Origin: Ilumatobacteraceae bacterium
GTDB lineage: Bacteria > Actinomycetota > Acidimicrobiia > Acidimicrobiales > Ilumatobacteraceae
Direction: 5' to 3'
Assembly (NCBI GenBank): GCA_032118285.1
Contig: JAULXU010000048.1
Location: forward strand, 1-33,046
Length of the DNA stretch: 33,046 nt
The notes below the pieces were generated by a model. It was not told the DNA's origin, ran no database searches, and saw only the letters and a program-made list of their open reading frames with translations. Each line of letters begins with the position of its first letter. The stretch's first letter is position 1. Shown here piece by piece: positions 1-9,332 of this stretch. The translations under genes were made by a program, and so were the position numbers.

Positions 1-113
1 ACGCTGTGCCCCGCCCGAGTCGGCGGGTCGGGCCGTCGACGACGCGCGGCTGCCGCCACCGCGAGAACGCAGGCCATCACCGCCGCGAGGGCCGCCAGCC
101 GCTCGGTGCTCAC
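1..113 (-). CDS. 5' end of a membrane-protein gene that runs off the window
   Basis: GTG at 113..111 overlaps the TGA (112..110) of the upstream gene as GTGA. The translation VSTERLAALAAVMACVLAVAAAARRRRPDPP gives a hydrophobic helix followed by basic residues. Only about 37 codons are visible. Confidence 0.3.
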   Translation of the reverse strand, partial: MSTERLAALAAVMACVLAVAAAARRRRPDPPTRAGHS

Positions 114-1579
114 CGTGCTCCCCTCACGGGGAGTGCCCCGACGATGCCGAAGCCCACGAGGTTGTTCCCGCGGCTCGTGCGCCGCTGCACCACCAGGGGA
201 ACCGACGAGGTGATGAGGAGTTCGGCCGTGCGCGCCGATTCGGGCGGCTCGATCGTCAGGAGCTGCGCCGCGGCGAGCGGAACGTCGGTGAGCTCGGGTA
301 TCGCAACGGTCCCGCCCGGCCCGACGGCCGACACGGTGATCGTGCCCGCATCGTTCGAGGCGTTCAGCACCGACAGGAGGTTGTCCGGCCCAGCGGCGAC
401 ACCGGTGGGAACGAGCCATTTCCGCGACACGAGCGGACCCGGAATACCGTTCGTGATCGCGGTGAAGAAGCTGCGCCCGATGCTCTGGCTGAGCACGTGT
501 TCCACGACGATTCCCCCGCCGTCGACGACGGACACGAACATCGAGTGGTCGCCCTTCGGCAGATCGGCGATCTCGTCGGTCGGGATCACCTGAATGGCCC
601 CGGCCGCAACGGTCACCTGAGCGTTCGGCAAGGGCTCCACTTCGCCCTCGGTCGGTTCTCCTCCTCCGGTGATGCCCTCGCCGAAGAAGGCGATGTTGAG
701 CGTCACATCCTCCTCTCCCGGGTTGAAGGCGATCAGCTGCTCGGTGAGATTGGCGCCGGTGCGTCCGGAGGCGAACCAATACTCGCCGAGCGGGGCGGGA
801 TTGCCGAGGGTGGTCGAGTATCCGAGACGGCCGCCGCCGAGATAGTGCTGGATGCGGGAAGCCACGATCTGGCCGGTGGTGGCGCGCACCTCGACCGCGA
901 TGCGACGCTCGTCCCGCGCGCCGGCCTCGGCGAGCGAGATGCTGCGGGCCGATCGGGCCGCGAGAATGAGGCCCTGCAGTGTCGACGGTGTCCTCTCGCC
1001 ATCCTGGGTGGTGAAGGACACGTTCACGACGGCGCTCTCGGGGAAGGGGTTGACGAGCACGAGGCGGTGCTTCGAGCCCTCGAGAGTGTGGCCGTCGGCG
1101 AAGAACCACGTGGGAGACGTCTGCGAAGCGCACTGGGACGTGACGTTGCCGGCGGCGAATTCGATCTTCTGCTCCACCGACCCGACAGATCCCACGATCT
1201 CGACCACGGGTGCCACCACGCCCACGGCGCGTCCCCGGAGGATGTCGAAGGTCTCCCGGCTGCGCGCGGGCACGACGACCGAGTCCGACTCGGGCTCACC
1301 GGACCCGAGGAAGGAGATGGCCGCCTTCATCTCGGTGTCGCCGGGATTGGAGATCACGACCGACGCAGAGGTGATGCCGTCACCGGCGGCCGCACCCGGA
1401 CAGAACCAGGAGGTGGAGATGCGCGGGGTCTCGGTCGCCTGGGGGTAACCCGAGAGTGACACGAGCGCGAGCGATGCCCCCTCCCCGGGGGGCGAGTCGC
1501 GGGTCTCGACGAGGACGATGCCCGCCACTGACGCGGCAATGAGAAGAAGCGTGACGAGACGCCGCACGACGCGTCTCAC
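110..1579 (-). CDS. N-terminally membrane-anchored exported protein, DUF5719-like
   Basis: 489-aa ORF with a GTG start at 1579 that overlaps the stop of the upstream GT2 gene by 4 nt. N-terminus is MRRVVRRLVTLLLIAASVAGIVLV (signal anchor). The remainder is Gly/Val/Thr-rich and looks beta-rich. The family assignment comes from remembered co-occurrence with large GT2 membrane proteins in Actinobacteria. Confidence 0.75.
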   Translation of the reverse strand: MRRVVRRLVTLLLIAASVAGIVLVETRDSPPGEGASLALVSLSGYPQATETPRISTSWFCPGAAAGDGITSASVVISNPGDTEMKAAISFLGSGEPESDSVVVPARSRETFDILRGRAVGVVAPVVEIVGSVGSVEQKIEFAAGNVTSQCASQTSPTWFFADGHTLEGSKHRLVLVNPFPESAVVNVSFTTQDGERTPSTLQGLILAARSARSISLAEAGARDERRIAVEVRATTGQIVASRIQHYLGGGRLGYSTTLGNPAPLGEYWFASGRTGANLTEQLIAFNPGEEDVTLNIAFFGEGITGGGEPTEGEVEPLPNAQVTVAAGAIQVIPTDEIADLPKGDHSMFVSVVDGGGIVVEHVLSQSIGRSFFTAITNGIPGPLVSRKWLVPTGVAAGPDNLLSVLNASNDAGTITVSAVGPGGTVAIPELTDVPLAAAQLLTIEPPESARTAELLITSSVPLVVQRRTSRGNNLVGFGIVGALPVRGAR

Positions 1580-4500
1580 GCGCGACCCTCCCCACCCATC
1601 GTCAGGGCCGGATCCCCCATCGACACGGGGGCGACACCCGTCGGGTCACCCGATGCGCCGAACCGGCGGCGGCGCGTGGCCACCACGAACACGAGGAGCC
1701 ACGCCAGCGCCTGCACCGCCACGACGGCGCGGTGCAGGGGATCCGTGGTCCAGACCAGTTCGGCGGTCCCGCCGGAGGGTACGTCCCATGCGTTGGTGAG
1801 CCCGAACGCCGGACGGACACCGATCGGCACGCCGTCCACGGTCAGGGACCAGTCGCGGCTGAACGGAACGGCGAGGTGCACCGTCCCCTCTCCCACGCCC
1901 ACGGTCACCGGACCGTCGGGACGCGCGGGCACGGGAAGCGGGAGCGCGCCCGTCACCTCCGAAGCGATGATCGCCGCCGCACCCGCCTCGCGGCTCACAT
2001 CCGCGCCACTCTCACCGAGTTCGGAGCGCACCGGAATCCACGCCGAGTTCTCGTAGACGACGAGATCGGGCGACGAATAGCGACGCCGCAGGTCCAATTG
2101 GCGCGCCAATGCGTCGGCCAGTCCGGTCGGTGCGGCTATGGGTCGGTCCCGCGTCGACTCTGCTCCGTCGATGACGGGAACGACGATGAAACGCACGCCG
2201 AGCACGCCGAGCAGGCGTCCCGCACGGGCGGTCTGGCCCCGCACGATGCCGCGCAACGCCGTGCGCGTCTCGTCCACGAGCCTGTTGCCGTCGATCTCCC
2301 ACGTCTCGGTCAGACCGGGTGAGCGACCGTTGACCACGGAGAACGAGATTCCCCATCCGAAATAGAGGGGAGCGCCCGGCAGCACGCGACCGTCACCGAC
2401 GAACATCGTGCGGTAGCCGCCCGCGTCCTCCTGGTCGGGAAGCTGCTGCAACAGCGTCGTGAGGGAGAAGGTGGGTTGGCGCCAGCCGCCGTCCCAGGCA
2501 TTGAGCGGTGCGGCGGCGAAACCGGACACGAAGACGAGGGACAGCAGCGCACCGAGAGGCTGTTTCCATGAGAATCGTCCGCGACGCATGTCGCCCACGA
2601 AGGTGGCGCCCATCGCGCCGGCACAGGTGGCGAGTCCGAACGCCACCGGCACGAGCATGATGGCGGGCTCTGGGAGGTGGAACGGCAGCAATTGGGCGTC
2701 GTCGAGCACCACCATGAGCAGTGCGGCGACGACCAGCACGGCGCCACGCAGGGCCCAGGGCGTCTTGGCCCCGCGCACGAGGGTCACCGCACCGAGGACG
2801 GACGCGTAGAGCGCGAGCGAGACGAGCGGCAACAGATAGCCCCCCACCCCGAACGAAGCGATGCGCAGGAAACCCCACTCCCGTCCGCCCTCCACGGGAG
2901 CGCCCGTGAGTTTCTCCCACCACAGGCTCCCGGGATACGTGGCGGCCCACGGGAGATTGAGCGCGACACCTGCCGCCATCGCCCCGACCCCGACGGTCAC
3001 CCACCGCATCGCGCGGGCCGGCGATGCACCGTGGGCGAGCGTCACGACGGACCACACGAACACGAGTCCCCCGGCGACGACGAGCAGTCCGGGCTCGAAC
3101 GCGATTCCCGTCGCCACCACGAGTGCGAGGGAGGAGAACCATCGCACGCGCACCCGCGGTGAGATCTCGAAGAAGACGTCCTCGTCACCGCGAGTCAGCG
3201 AATCGTTGGCGTCGATGTGCCCGACGAGGAGGCGCATCAGGTGGGCGATCCAGGGCACGAGCGCGTAGACGAGGAGAGCCCCCCAACGACCCGCCGCGAT
3301 GGCGGCGTACGGCAGGGGGACCGCGGCATACGTGGCGGTGGCGGCGATTCGCGACGCCCGTGACCCGAGCACCGAGGAGAACCGCCAGGTGCCGATCCAC
3401 CCGGCGAGCGGCAGTGCGACGACCGACACCGAGTGAAGCAGGCCCATGCGCCCGCCGAACAACAGACCGACGACCCCGACGAGACCTGTGCCGGTGGGCA
3501 ACGAACCCGCCGAGCCGTAGCCCGCCCCCCACCATCCGGAGAGATACGAGGCCACGAGGTCGGTCGCCGATTCTCCGAAGGCCACCATCTGGCCCACCGG
3601 CGCCACGCCGCCGAGGAGCAGGGACCGCGAGCCCACCAGCAGGAGCCCCACGAGAATCGTCCACAGAGCAATCGATCCCCGCGGCGGAGCCTCTCTCCGG
3701 TCGTCCACCTGGTCCGGCGTTGTCGTCCGTGTCGAGCGTCGCCTCAACCAGGCCGCCACATGGCTCGATCCCTGCAGCTGCAGCGCGCGGATCTCGGCGG
3801 CGGGAACGATCCGGTGCACCGCGAGATGCGCCCGGCGCTCGGAGACGTCACCCCGTGCGAACGGGGCCGCAACGACCGCCGCCACCTCGGCGCGGGCAGC
3901 ACCCAGACGTCCGGTCGTCACGAGCACCACCGCGCGGACGATCGTGTAGAGGAGCATCTGCGTCCACAGCGCGACGAACGCGCCGGCCGGCGTCATCGCC
4001 GCCACGGTCTGCACGCGCGTCGTCTCGCGCAGCCCGGTGCGCTCGACACGGAGCTCCGGGGATTCGGCCCGTGTCCACTCGGCGCGGTGGCGCACCACCG
4101 CCGCCGGCACGACCACGACGCGTCCACCGGTCGCGTGGCAACGCCAACAGAAGTCGAGGGCGGCACCCACGAGCGCGAGGCGGGGATGGAATCCCCCCAC
4201 GGTGCGGAAGAGGTCCGCGCGCACGAGCAGGCAGGCCGAGGACAGGGCGAAGACGTCGCGGACGGCGTCGTGCTGTTCCTGGTCGATCTCACCTTCGTCG
4301 GCGACGGGAATCTCGACGCCGAATCGATCCACCGAGATGCCGACACTGGCGATGCGGCGCGGGTCGTTCCACTCGACGAGCTTGGGACCGACCACCCCGG
4401 CGTTGGACCGGTAGAGCTCCTCGACGAGCCGGGACACCGCATCGGGTGCGAGCGCCACGTCGTCATGGAGGAACAGGAAGAAACCGCTGTCACCCTTGAC

Positions 4501-4797
4501 GAGGCGCAGCACCGTGTTGCAGGCGGCGGCCCAGCCCGTGTTGGCACCGAGAAACCGCACCACCGCCGACGGGGCGGAGTTGGCGACGGTGTCGAGGACG
4601 GCCCGGGAGCCCGGGGCGTCGTCCCGGCCGCCCACGAGCACGAGTGTCTGGACGGTGGGATAATCCTGGGCCGCGAGCGATGCGAGAGCCTCGGCGAGCC
4701 CTTCCCGAGGATGCTGCACGACCATGACCGCCACGACGGGGGGCGCGACGGCCCCGGCGCGGGCGGTCGGTGGCGGGGGCGCGGAGTGCTCGGACAC
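1576..4797 (-). CDS. Large bifunctional-looking glycosyltransferase: N-terminal GT2 (GT-A) domain, polytopic membrane domain, C-terminal extracytoplasmic domain
   Basis: 1073-aa ORF with a GTG start. The N-terminal ~300 aa look like GT2 (VVAVMVVQHPREG...AAQDYP...FLFLHDDV...VGPKL). They are followed by more than 10 hydrophobic segments and a ~250-aa soluble tail. Third-position GC is high. Confidence 0.9.
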   Translation of the reverse strand: MSEHSAPPPPTARAGAVAPPVVAVMVVQHPREGLAEALASLAAQDYPTVQTLVLVGGRDDAPGSRAVLDTVANSAPSAVVRFLGANTGWAAACNTVLRLVKGDSGFFLFLHDDVALAPDAVSRLVEELYRSNAGVVGPKLVEWNDPRRIASVGISVDRFGVEIPVADEGEIDQEQHDAVRDVFALSSACLLVRADLFRTVGGFHPRLALVGAALDFCWRCHATGGRVVVVPAAVVRHRAEWTRAESPELRVERTGLRETTRVQTVAAMTPAGAFVALWTQMLLYTIVRAVVLVTTGRLGAARAEVAAVVAAPFARGDVSERRAHLAVHRIVPAAEIRALQLQGSSHVAAWLRRRSTRTTTPDQVDDRREAPPRGSIALWTILVGLLLVGSRSLLLGGVAPVGQMVAFGESATDLVASYLSGWWGAGYGSAGSLPTGTGLVGVVGLLFGGRMGLLHSVSVVALPLAGWIGTWRFSSVLGSRASRIAATATYAAVPLPYAAIAAGRWGALLVYALVPWIAHLMRLLVGHIDANDSLTRGDEDVFFEISPRVRVRWFSSLALVVATGIAFEPGLLVVAGGLVFVWSVVTLAHGASPARAMRWVTVGVGAMAAGVALNLPWAATYPGSLWWEKLTGAPVEGGREWGFLRIASFGVGGYLLPLVSLALYASVLGAVTLVRGAKTPWALRGAVLVVAALLMVVLDDAQLLPFHLPEPAIMLVPVAFGLATCAGAMGATFVGDMRRGRFSWKQPLGALLSLVFVSGFAAAPLNAWDGGWRQPTFSLTTLLQQLPDQEDAGGYRTMFVGDGRVLPGAPLYFGWGISFSVVNGRSPGLTETWEIDGNRLVDETRTALRGIVRGQTARAGRLLGVLGVRFIVVPVIDGAESTRDRPIAAPTGLADALARQLDLRRRYSSPDLVVYENSAWIPVRSELGESGADVSREAGAAAIIASEVTGALPLPVPARPDGPVTVGVGEGTVHLAVPFSRDWSLTVDGVPIGVRPAFGLTNAWDVPSGGTAELVWTTDPLHRAVVAVQALAWLLVFVVATRRRRFGASGDPTGVAPVSMGDPALTMGGEGRA

Positions 4798-4858
4798 GAC
4801 CCCGGCAGGCTAGTTCGGGGTCCAGGAACGCCCGGATCGCGCCTCATGCACGAGGTGC

Positions 4859-4887
4859 TTGCTGGTGCTAGCAGTCCCCGTTAGGGT
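4859..4887 (+). promoter_or_regulatory. Candidate promoter for a leaderless mRNA of the 4894 ORF
   Basis: TTGCTG (4859-4864), a 17-nt spacer, then TAGGGT (4882-4887). The ATG at 4894 lies 6 nt after the -10 box. Confidence 0.4.
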
Positions 4888-4893
4888 GCCGTC

Positions 4894-5157
4894 ATGAAGT
4901 TGCCACTGCCCCACCTGTCCGTTCCCAAGGTCTCGGTGCCCAAGGTCTCCCTGCCCTCCCTGCACTCGATCGATCTCACTTCCGTCGACCTGGCCCGCCT
5001 CGCCCCTGGACGGGTCCTCGCCTCGCGGGCGGTGCGTCAGGCCACCGACGTCGGCTACACCGCCATCGGTTTCGCCGTGCTCGGTTTCCAGAAACTCCAG
5101 GTTCGCCGTCGGGAGATCCTCGAGTCGCTGTCCGGCTCGCGCACGACCGGAAACTGA
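4894..5157 (+). CDS. Small hypothetical protein (87 aa) with a tandem VPKVS repeat and one hydrophobic segment
   Basis: ATG ORF with high third-position GC. There is a 15-bp direct duplication at 4921-4950 (gttcccaaggtctcg / gtgcccaaggtctcc). A hydrophobic stretch VGYTAIGFAVLGF is present. I recognise no family. Confidence 0.55.
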   Translation: MKLPLPHLSVPKVSVPKVSLPSLHSIDLTSVDLARLAPGRVLASRAVRQATDVGYTAIGFAVLGFQKLQVRRREILESLSGSRTTGN

Positions 5158-5198
5158 CGTCCGACGAGGACGGACCTACACGTCCCTCCTCACTAACC

Positions 5199-6536
5199 TT
5201 GCCCCTCGTGCGGGCAGACGTGGATCGGGATTCCTCGTCCCCGCGCGTCCCCCTTCCCGAGGGCACCATTCCCGTCGGCATCGGTCTTTTCGTGTCGGGA
5301 ATCACCACCTATGCCTTCTTCAAGGTGGGACAACTTGCGCTCGGCAAGGACGACTTCAAGCCGATCGTGGCGATGTGGTTCCTGACCTTCGCCCTCGTCC
5401 CCGGTGTGTTCCTCCCCGTCGAGCAGGAGATCGGCCGTGCCCTGGCGCACCGTCGTGCACTGGGGCAGGGGGGACGACCCGTCGTCCAGCGCATGCTCCC
5501 CCTCGCGGCACTGCTCGCCGCCACCGTCGCCCTGCCCATGGCCCTCGCCGGGCCGCTCCTCACGCGGGAACTCTTCGAGGGCTACGGACTCGTCGCAGTC
5601 GCCCTGGTGCTGGCCTTCTGCGCGTACGGTCCGATGCACCTCGTGCGCGGCATCGCGTCCGGCTCGGGTCGGTTCGTGGCCTACGGACTCATCCTCGCCG
5701 TCGACGGCACGGCCCGCACGGCTGGGTGCGTCGCCCTGTGGCTCGCCGACGTTCGGACACCGGGCGCCTACGCCCTCGTCGTGGCCGCCTCGCCCCTGGT
5801 AGCCACGCTCCTCGTCGTCGGACGCGGTGAAGCCCGCACGATGGAGGGGCCGCCCGCGTCGTGGGGCGAGTTGACACCGAACCTCGGTTGGTTGCTCGCG
5901 GGCACCGTGATGTCGGCGGCCCTCATCAATGCGGGACCGCTCGGGGTCGACGTGCTGGCCGCACCCGGTGAGGCCGCCAAGGTGACCGCCTTCGGCAACG
6001 GCCTGCTGCTCGCCCGGGTGCCCCTGTACCTGTTCCAGGCGGTGCAGGCGGCACTGCTCCCCCGACTGGCCCGCCTGGCGGCACAGGGCAACCTCGCCGA
6101 ATTCCGTCGGGGCCTCGTGACCCTCATGCGCATCGTGACCGGGGTCGCCGTCCTCGGGACGCTCGGAGCCTTCCTCGCCGGACCCGCGGTGCTCGAACTC
6201 GTGTACGAGGGCGGACTCGACCGGCGCACCCTCACTCTCCTGGCCCTCGCCTGCGCCCTGTACATGGCCGCCCTCGCCCTCGCCCAAGCCGTGATCGCCC
6301 TCAACGGACACGCCCTCGTGGCGCTCGGATGGACGACGGCCTTCGCCACCTTCTTCGTGGTCACCTGGCTCTCGGCCGACGACGTCTTCCTGCGCGTCGA
6401 ACTGGGATTGGTGGCGGCATCGGTGGCGGCTCTTGCCGTCTTCGCCGCGGCCTACCGGGCCAGGATCGCCGCCGGTGCCGTCCCGGATGCCGAGTCGCTC
6501 ATCGACGGCATCGCCGACGCACCTCTCGAGGGGTGA
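5199..6536 (+). CDS. Polytopic membrane protein, polysaccharide/oligosaccharide flippase-like (Wzx/MOP-type)
   Basis: 445-aa ORF with about 12 hydrophobic segments, sitting in a glycan-cluster context. The start is uncertain: TTG 5199, GTG 5208 or GTG 5220. Confidence 0.75.
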   Translation: MPLVRADVDRDSSSPRVPLPEGTIPVGIGLFVSGITTYAFFKVGQLALGKDDFKPIVAMWFLTFALVPGVFLPVEQEIGRALAHRRALGQGGRPVVQRMLPLAALLAATVALPMALAGPLLTRELFEGYGLVAVALVLAFCAYGPMHLVRGIASGSGRFVAYGLILAVDGTARTAGCVALWLADVRTPGAYALVVAASPLVATLLVVGRGEARTMEGPPASWGELTPNLGWLLAGTVMSAALINAGPLGVDVLAAPGEAAKVTAFGNGLLLARVPLYLFQAVQAALLPRLARLAAQGNLAEFRRGLVTLMRIVTGVAVLGTLGAFLAGPAVLELVYEGGLDRRTLTLLALACALYMAALALAQAVIALNGHALVALGWTTAFATFFVVTWLSADDVFLRVELGLVAASVAALAVFAAAYRARIAAGAVPDAESLIDGIADAPLEG

Positions 6537-7523
6537 TCAACGCCGCGCGCGGGCGGTCTCGGTCTCGATGTCGTGTCGCACCATCATCTTCACGAGGGTG
6601 GGGAAATCGACCTCGGGGATCCACCCGAGTTTCTCGCGGGCCTTGGTCGGATCGCCGATGAGAAGGTCGACCTCGGCGGGGCGCAGAAAACGGGGATCGC
6701 GGCGCACATAGGGACGCCAGTCGCCCAGTCCGGCCTCTGCGAAAGCCAGTTCGAGGAAATCCTCGATGGAGTGCGACTCCCCCGTCGCGACCACGTAGTC
6801 GTCGGGCTCGGACTGCTGGAGCATGAGCCACATCGCCCGTACGTAGTCCCCCGCGTAACCCCAGTCCCGCTTCGACTCGAGATTGCCCATGACCAGTTCG
6901 GACTCGATGCCGAGTTTGATGCGGGCCGCGGTGTTGGTGATCTTGCGCGTGACGAACTCGAGGCCGCGCCGCGGACCCTCGTGGTTGAACAGAATCCCCG
7001 AGCAGGCATAGAGCCCGTAGCTCTCGCGGTAGTTCACGGTGATGGAATGGCCGAACACCTTGGCGCAGCCGTAGGGCGACCGGGGGTGGAAGGGCGTCAT
7101 CTCGCTCTGGGGAACCTCGCGGACCTTTCCGAACATCTCCGACGAGGACGCCTGGTAGAAGCGGATCGGGTTGTTCTGGGAGCCGCCCACGATGCGCACC
7201 GCCTCGAGCATGCGCAGCACGCCGAGGCCTGTGATGTTCGAGGTGAGCTCGGCCTGGCCGAACGAGATGGCCACGAAGGAGATGGCTCCGAGGTTGTACA
7301 CCTCGTCGGGACGCACGTGCTCGAGCGCCGAGACGAGGCTCGGCAGGTCGGCGAGATCGCCCGGAACGAGCTCGACGTAGGGGAACTCGTCGCGGAAACT
7401 GCGCTCGCGGGGGTTGTTCTGCCCCTTGATCATCCCGAAGACCTCGTAACCCTTGTGGTGGAGGAACTCGGCGAGATGCTGGCCGTCCTGACCGGTGATT
7501 CCTGTGATGAAGGCGCGGGGCAT
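6537..7523 (-). CDS. gmd: GDP-mannose 4,6-dehydratase
   Basis: Starts [21 protein letters not shown]. Contains [17 protein letters not shown] (YxxxK) and [14 protein letters not shown] at 7523 is preceded by AGAGG. The 75 codons further upstream in the 403-aa ORF are rejected. Confidence 0.95.
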   Translation of the reverse strand: MPRAFITGITGQDGQHLAEFLHHKGYEVFGMIKGQNNPRERSFRDEFPYVELVPGDLADLPSLVSALEHVRPDEVYNLGAISFVAISFGQAELTSNITGLGVLRMLEAVRIVGGSQNNPIRFYQASSSEMFGKVREVPQSEMTPFHPRSPYGCAKVFGHSITVNYRESYGLYACSGILFNHEGPRRGLEFVTRKITNTAARIKLGIESELVMGNLESKRDWGYAGDYVRAMWLMLQQSEPDDYVVATGESHSIEDFLELAFAEAGLGDWRPYVRRDPRFLRPAEVDLLIGDPTKAREKLGWIPEVDFPTLVKMMVRHDIETETARARR

Positions 7524-7628
7524 GGGTACCTCTGGGTGCCGACGGGTCGTGTTCCCGCCGTGGACCTCCGAGACGCTACCACCGGTCCACCGCGACCCGC
7601 CGCCCCCGCTTACGCCTACGCTGACGCC

Positions 7629-8603
7629 GTGATCACAGTGCTCGCCGGTGGAGTGGGGGCGGCCCGTTTCCTGCGCGGACTCGTCCACGTCGTCGAGTCC
7701 TCCCGGGTGGTCGCGGTGGTGAACACCGCCGACGACACCGAGATGCACGGTCTCTCCATCTCACCGGACGTGGACACCGTCCTCTACACCCTCTCGGGAC
7801 GCGCCGACTCCGCGCGCGGATGGGGTCTCGAAGGCGAGACGTGGAGGGCGATGGAGGCACTCGCTCGTTTCGAGTCCGTGCGACCGGAGGATTCCACGGC
7901 CGGGGGGACCTGGTTCAACCTGGGGGACACGGACCTCGCCACCCACCTCTACCGCACGGCGCGCCTCGACGAGGGTGCGCGGGCGCGGGACGTGGTGGAT
8001 GAATTGCGTCGCGCCTCCGGGGTGTCGGTGCGGGTCGTGCCGATGACGGACGACCGGGTGCGCACGATGGTCCGACTCGCCGGCGAGGCATCCGAGGTGT
8101 CCTTCCAGGAGTACTTCGTGCGCCTGCGCCACTCGGTTCCCGTGGCCGCGGTTCGATTCGCCGGTGCGGAGTCGGCCCGGTTCGTCGACACCGCCCTTCT
8201 CGCCGATGCCGAGACCGTCGTCATCGCGCCGTCCAATCCGATCGTCTCCATCGGTCCGGTGCGCGCCCTCCCCGGGGTTGATGAACTCCTGTCCGCCCGC
8301 CGCGACACGGTGGTCGCCGTCTCGCCCATCGTCGCCGGAGCGGCCCTCAAGGGGCCGGCCGATCGCATGCTGGCCGAGCTCGGGCACGAGCCCTCGGTCG
8401 TCGGAGTGGCTCGTCTGTACGCACCGGTGTGCGCCACCCTCGTCGTCGACGCCCGGGACGCCGGCCGTGCCGACGAGGTGGAGAGGGAGGGAATGCGCTG
8501 CGTCGTCACCGACACCGTCATGTCCTCGCCGGCCATCGCCGCGTCGCTCGCCGCCGTCACGGTGGCGGCAGGGGGCGGACCCGTCGGACAGGGCGTGCGC
8601 TGA
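7629..8603 (+). CDS. fbiA: 2-phospho-L-lactate/EPPG:FO transferase (F420 biosynthesis)
   Basis: [18 protein letters not shown]...VVNTADD...[11 protein letters not shown] matches the CofD/FbiA family along its full length. GTG at 7629 lies 6 nt after TACGCT (7617-7622). Confidence 0.92.
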   Translation: MITVLAGGVGAARFLRGLVHVVESSRVVAVVNTADDTEMHGLSISPDVDTVLYTLSGRADSARGWGLEGETWRAMEALARFESVRPEDSTAGGTWFNLGDTDLATHLYRTARLDEGARARDVVDELRRASGVSVRVVPMTDDRVRTMVRLAGEASEVSFQEYFVRLRHSVPVAAVRFAGAESARFVDTALLADAETVVIAPSNPIVSIGPVRALPGVDELLSARRDTVVAVSPIVAGAALKGPADRMLAELGHEPSVVGVARLYAPVCATLVVDARDAGRADEVEREGMRCVVTDTVMSSPAIAASLAAVTVAAGGGPVGQGVR

Positions 8604-9316
8604 TGGGTCGGCTCGTCGCCTGGGGCGTGGAGGGAATCGGCGAAGTGGTTCCCGGACAACAGGTCGGCGATCTCGTCGTCGAGGCGTGCCGGCGGGCACC
8701 CAACGGTCCCCTCGAGGACGGCGATGTGCTCGTCGTCACCCAGAAGATCGTCTCGAAGGCCGAGGGTCGGCTCGTCGACGTGGACCCCGACGATCCCGAA
8801 GCGCGTCGACACCTCGTCGAGTCCGAGGCGGTCCGCATCGTGCGGCGGCGGGGCGACCTCGTCATCACCGAGACCACCCACGGCTTCATATGCGCCAACA
8901 GCGGTGTCGACCTCTCGAACGTCGAGGCGGGACGCGCTGCACTTCTGCCCCTCGACAGCGACCGCTCGGCCCGTCGAATCCGCGACATCGTGCGCGCCTC
9001 CCTCGGCGTCGAGGTTGGGGTCGTCGTGTCCGACACCTTCGGTCGCCCTTGGCGCACGGGGGTGACGGACGTGGCCATCGGTGTGGCCGGAGTCGCCGCG
9101 GTCGTCGACCTCCGCGGCACCCCCGATGCGCACGGTCGCATCATGCAGGCCACGGAGGTGTGCATCGCCGACGAGATCGCCTCCGCGGCGGAACTCGTCA
9201 TGGGCAAGTCGTCGGGTGTGCCGGTCGCGGTCGTACGGGGACTCGACCGGGCCTGGTTCCGCGACTCCTCCGTCGCCGAGATCGTCAGGCCGGCCTCGGA
9301 GGATCTCTTCCGCTGA
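8603..9316 (+). CDS. cofE: F420-0:gamma-glutamyl ligase, single-domain CofE with no FbiB C-terminal domain
   Basis: ATG at 8603 overlaps the fbiA TGA by 1 nt. Contains VVTQKIVSKAEGRLV, ICANSGVDLSN, SDTFGRPWR and ADEIASAAELVMGK. The ORF ends ...RPASEDLFR, right at the point where mycobacterial FbiB continues into its nitroreductase-like domain. Confidence 0.9.
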   Translation: MGRLVAWGVEGIGEVVPGQQVGDLVVEACRRAPNGPLEDGDVLVVTQKIVSKAEGRLVDVDPDDPEARRHLVESEAVRIVRRRGDLVITETTHGFICANSGVDLSNVEAGRAALLPLDSDRSARRIRDIVRASLGVEVGVVVSDTFGRPWRTGVTDVAIGVAGVAAVVDLRGTPDAHGRIMQATEVCIADEIASAAELVMGKSSGVPVAVVRGLDRAWFRDSSVAEIVRPASEDLFR

Positions 9317-9332
9317 TCCGACCGAGGATCAG
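9313..9332. terminator. Hairpin between convergent cofE and the SDR gene that contains both stop codons
   Basis: CTGATCC (9313-9319) pairs with GGATCAG (9326-9332) across a 6-nt loop. It contains TGA 9314-9316 and TCA 9329-9331. There is no U-tract. Confidence 0.3.

Noticed and set aside
6-593. 195-aa plus-strand ORF at the left edge
   Set aside because: It is antisense to the well-supported 110-1579 gene. Its Arg/Pro/Ser-rich composition is typical of shadow frames in high-GC DNA.
3024-4884. 491-aa and 483-aa plus-strand ORFs opposite the GT2 gene
   Set aside because: Extreme Arg/Pro content, no motifs, and antisense to a gene with clear GT2 and TM architecture.
6573-7628. N-terminal extensions of several track ORFs: 6573-8603, 12027-14276, 13262-15358, 14030-15391, 14551-16245, 15498-16583, 20414-22354 and 27068-28561
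   Set aside because: In each case family homology begins at an internal start. The extension overlaps a well-supported neighbouring gene and has shadow-frame composition.
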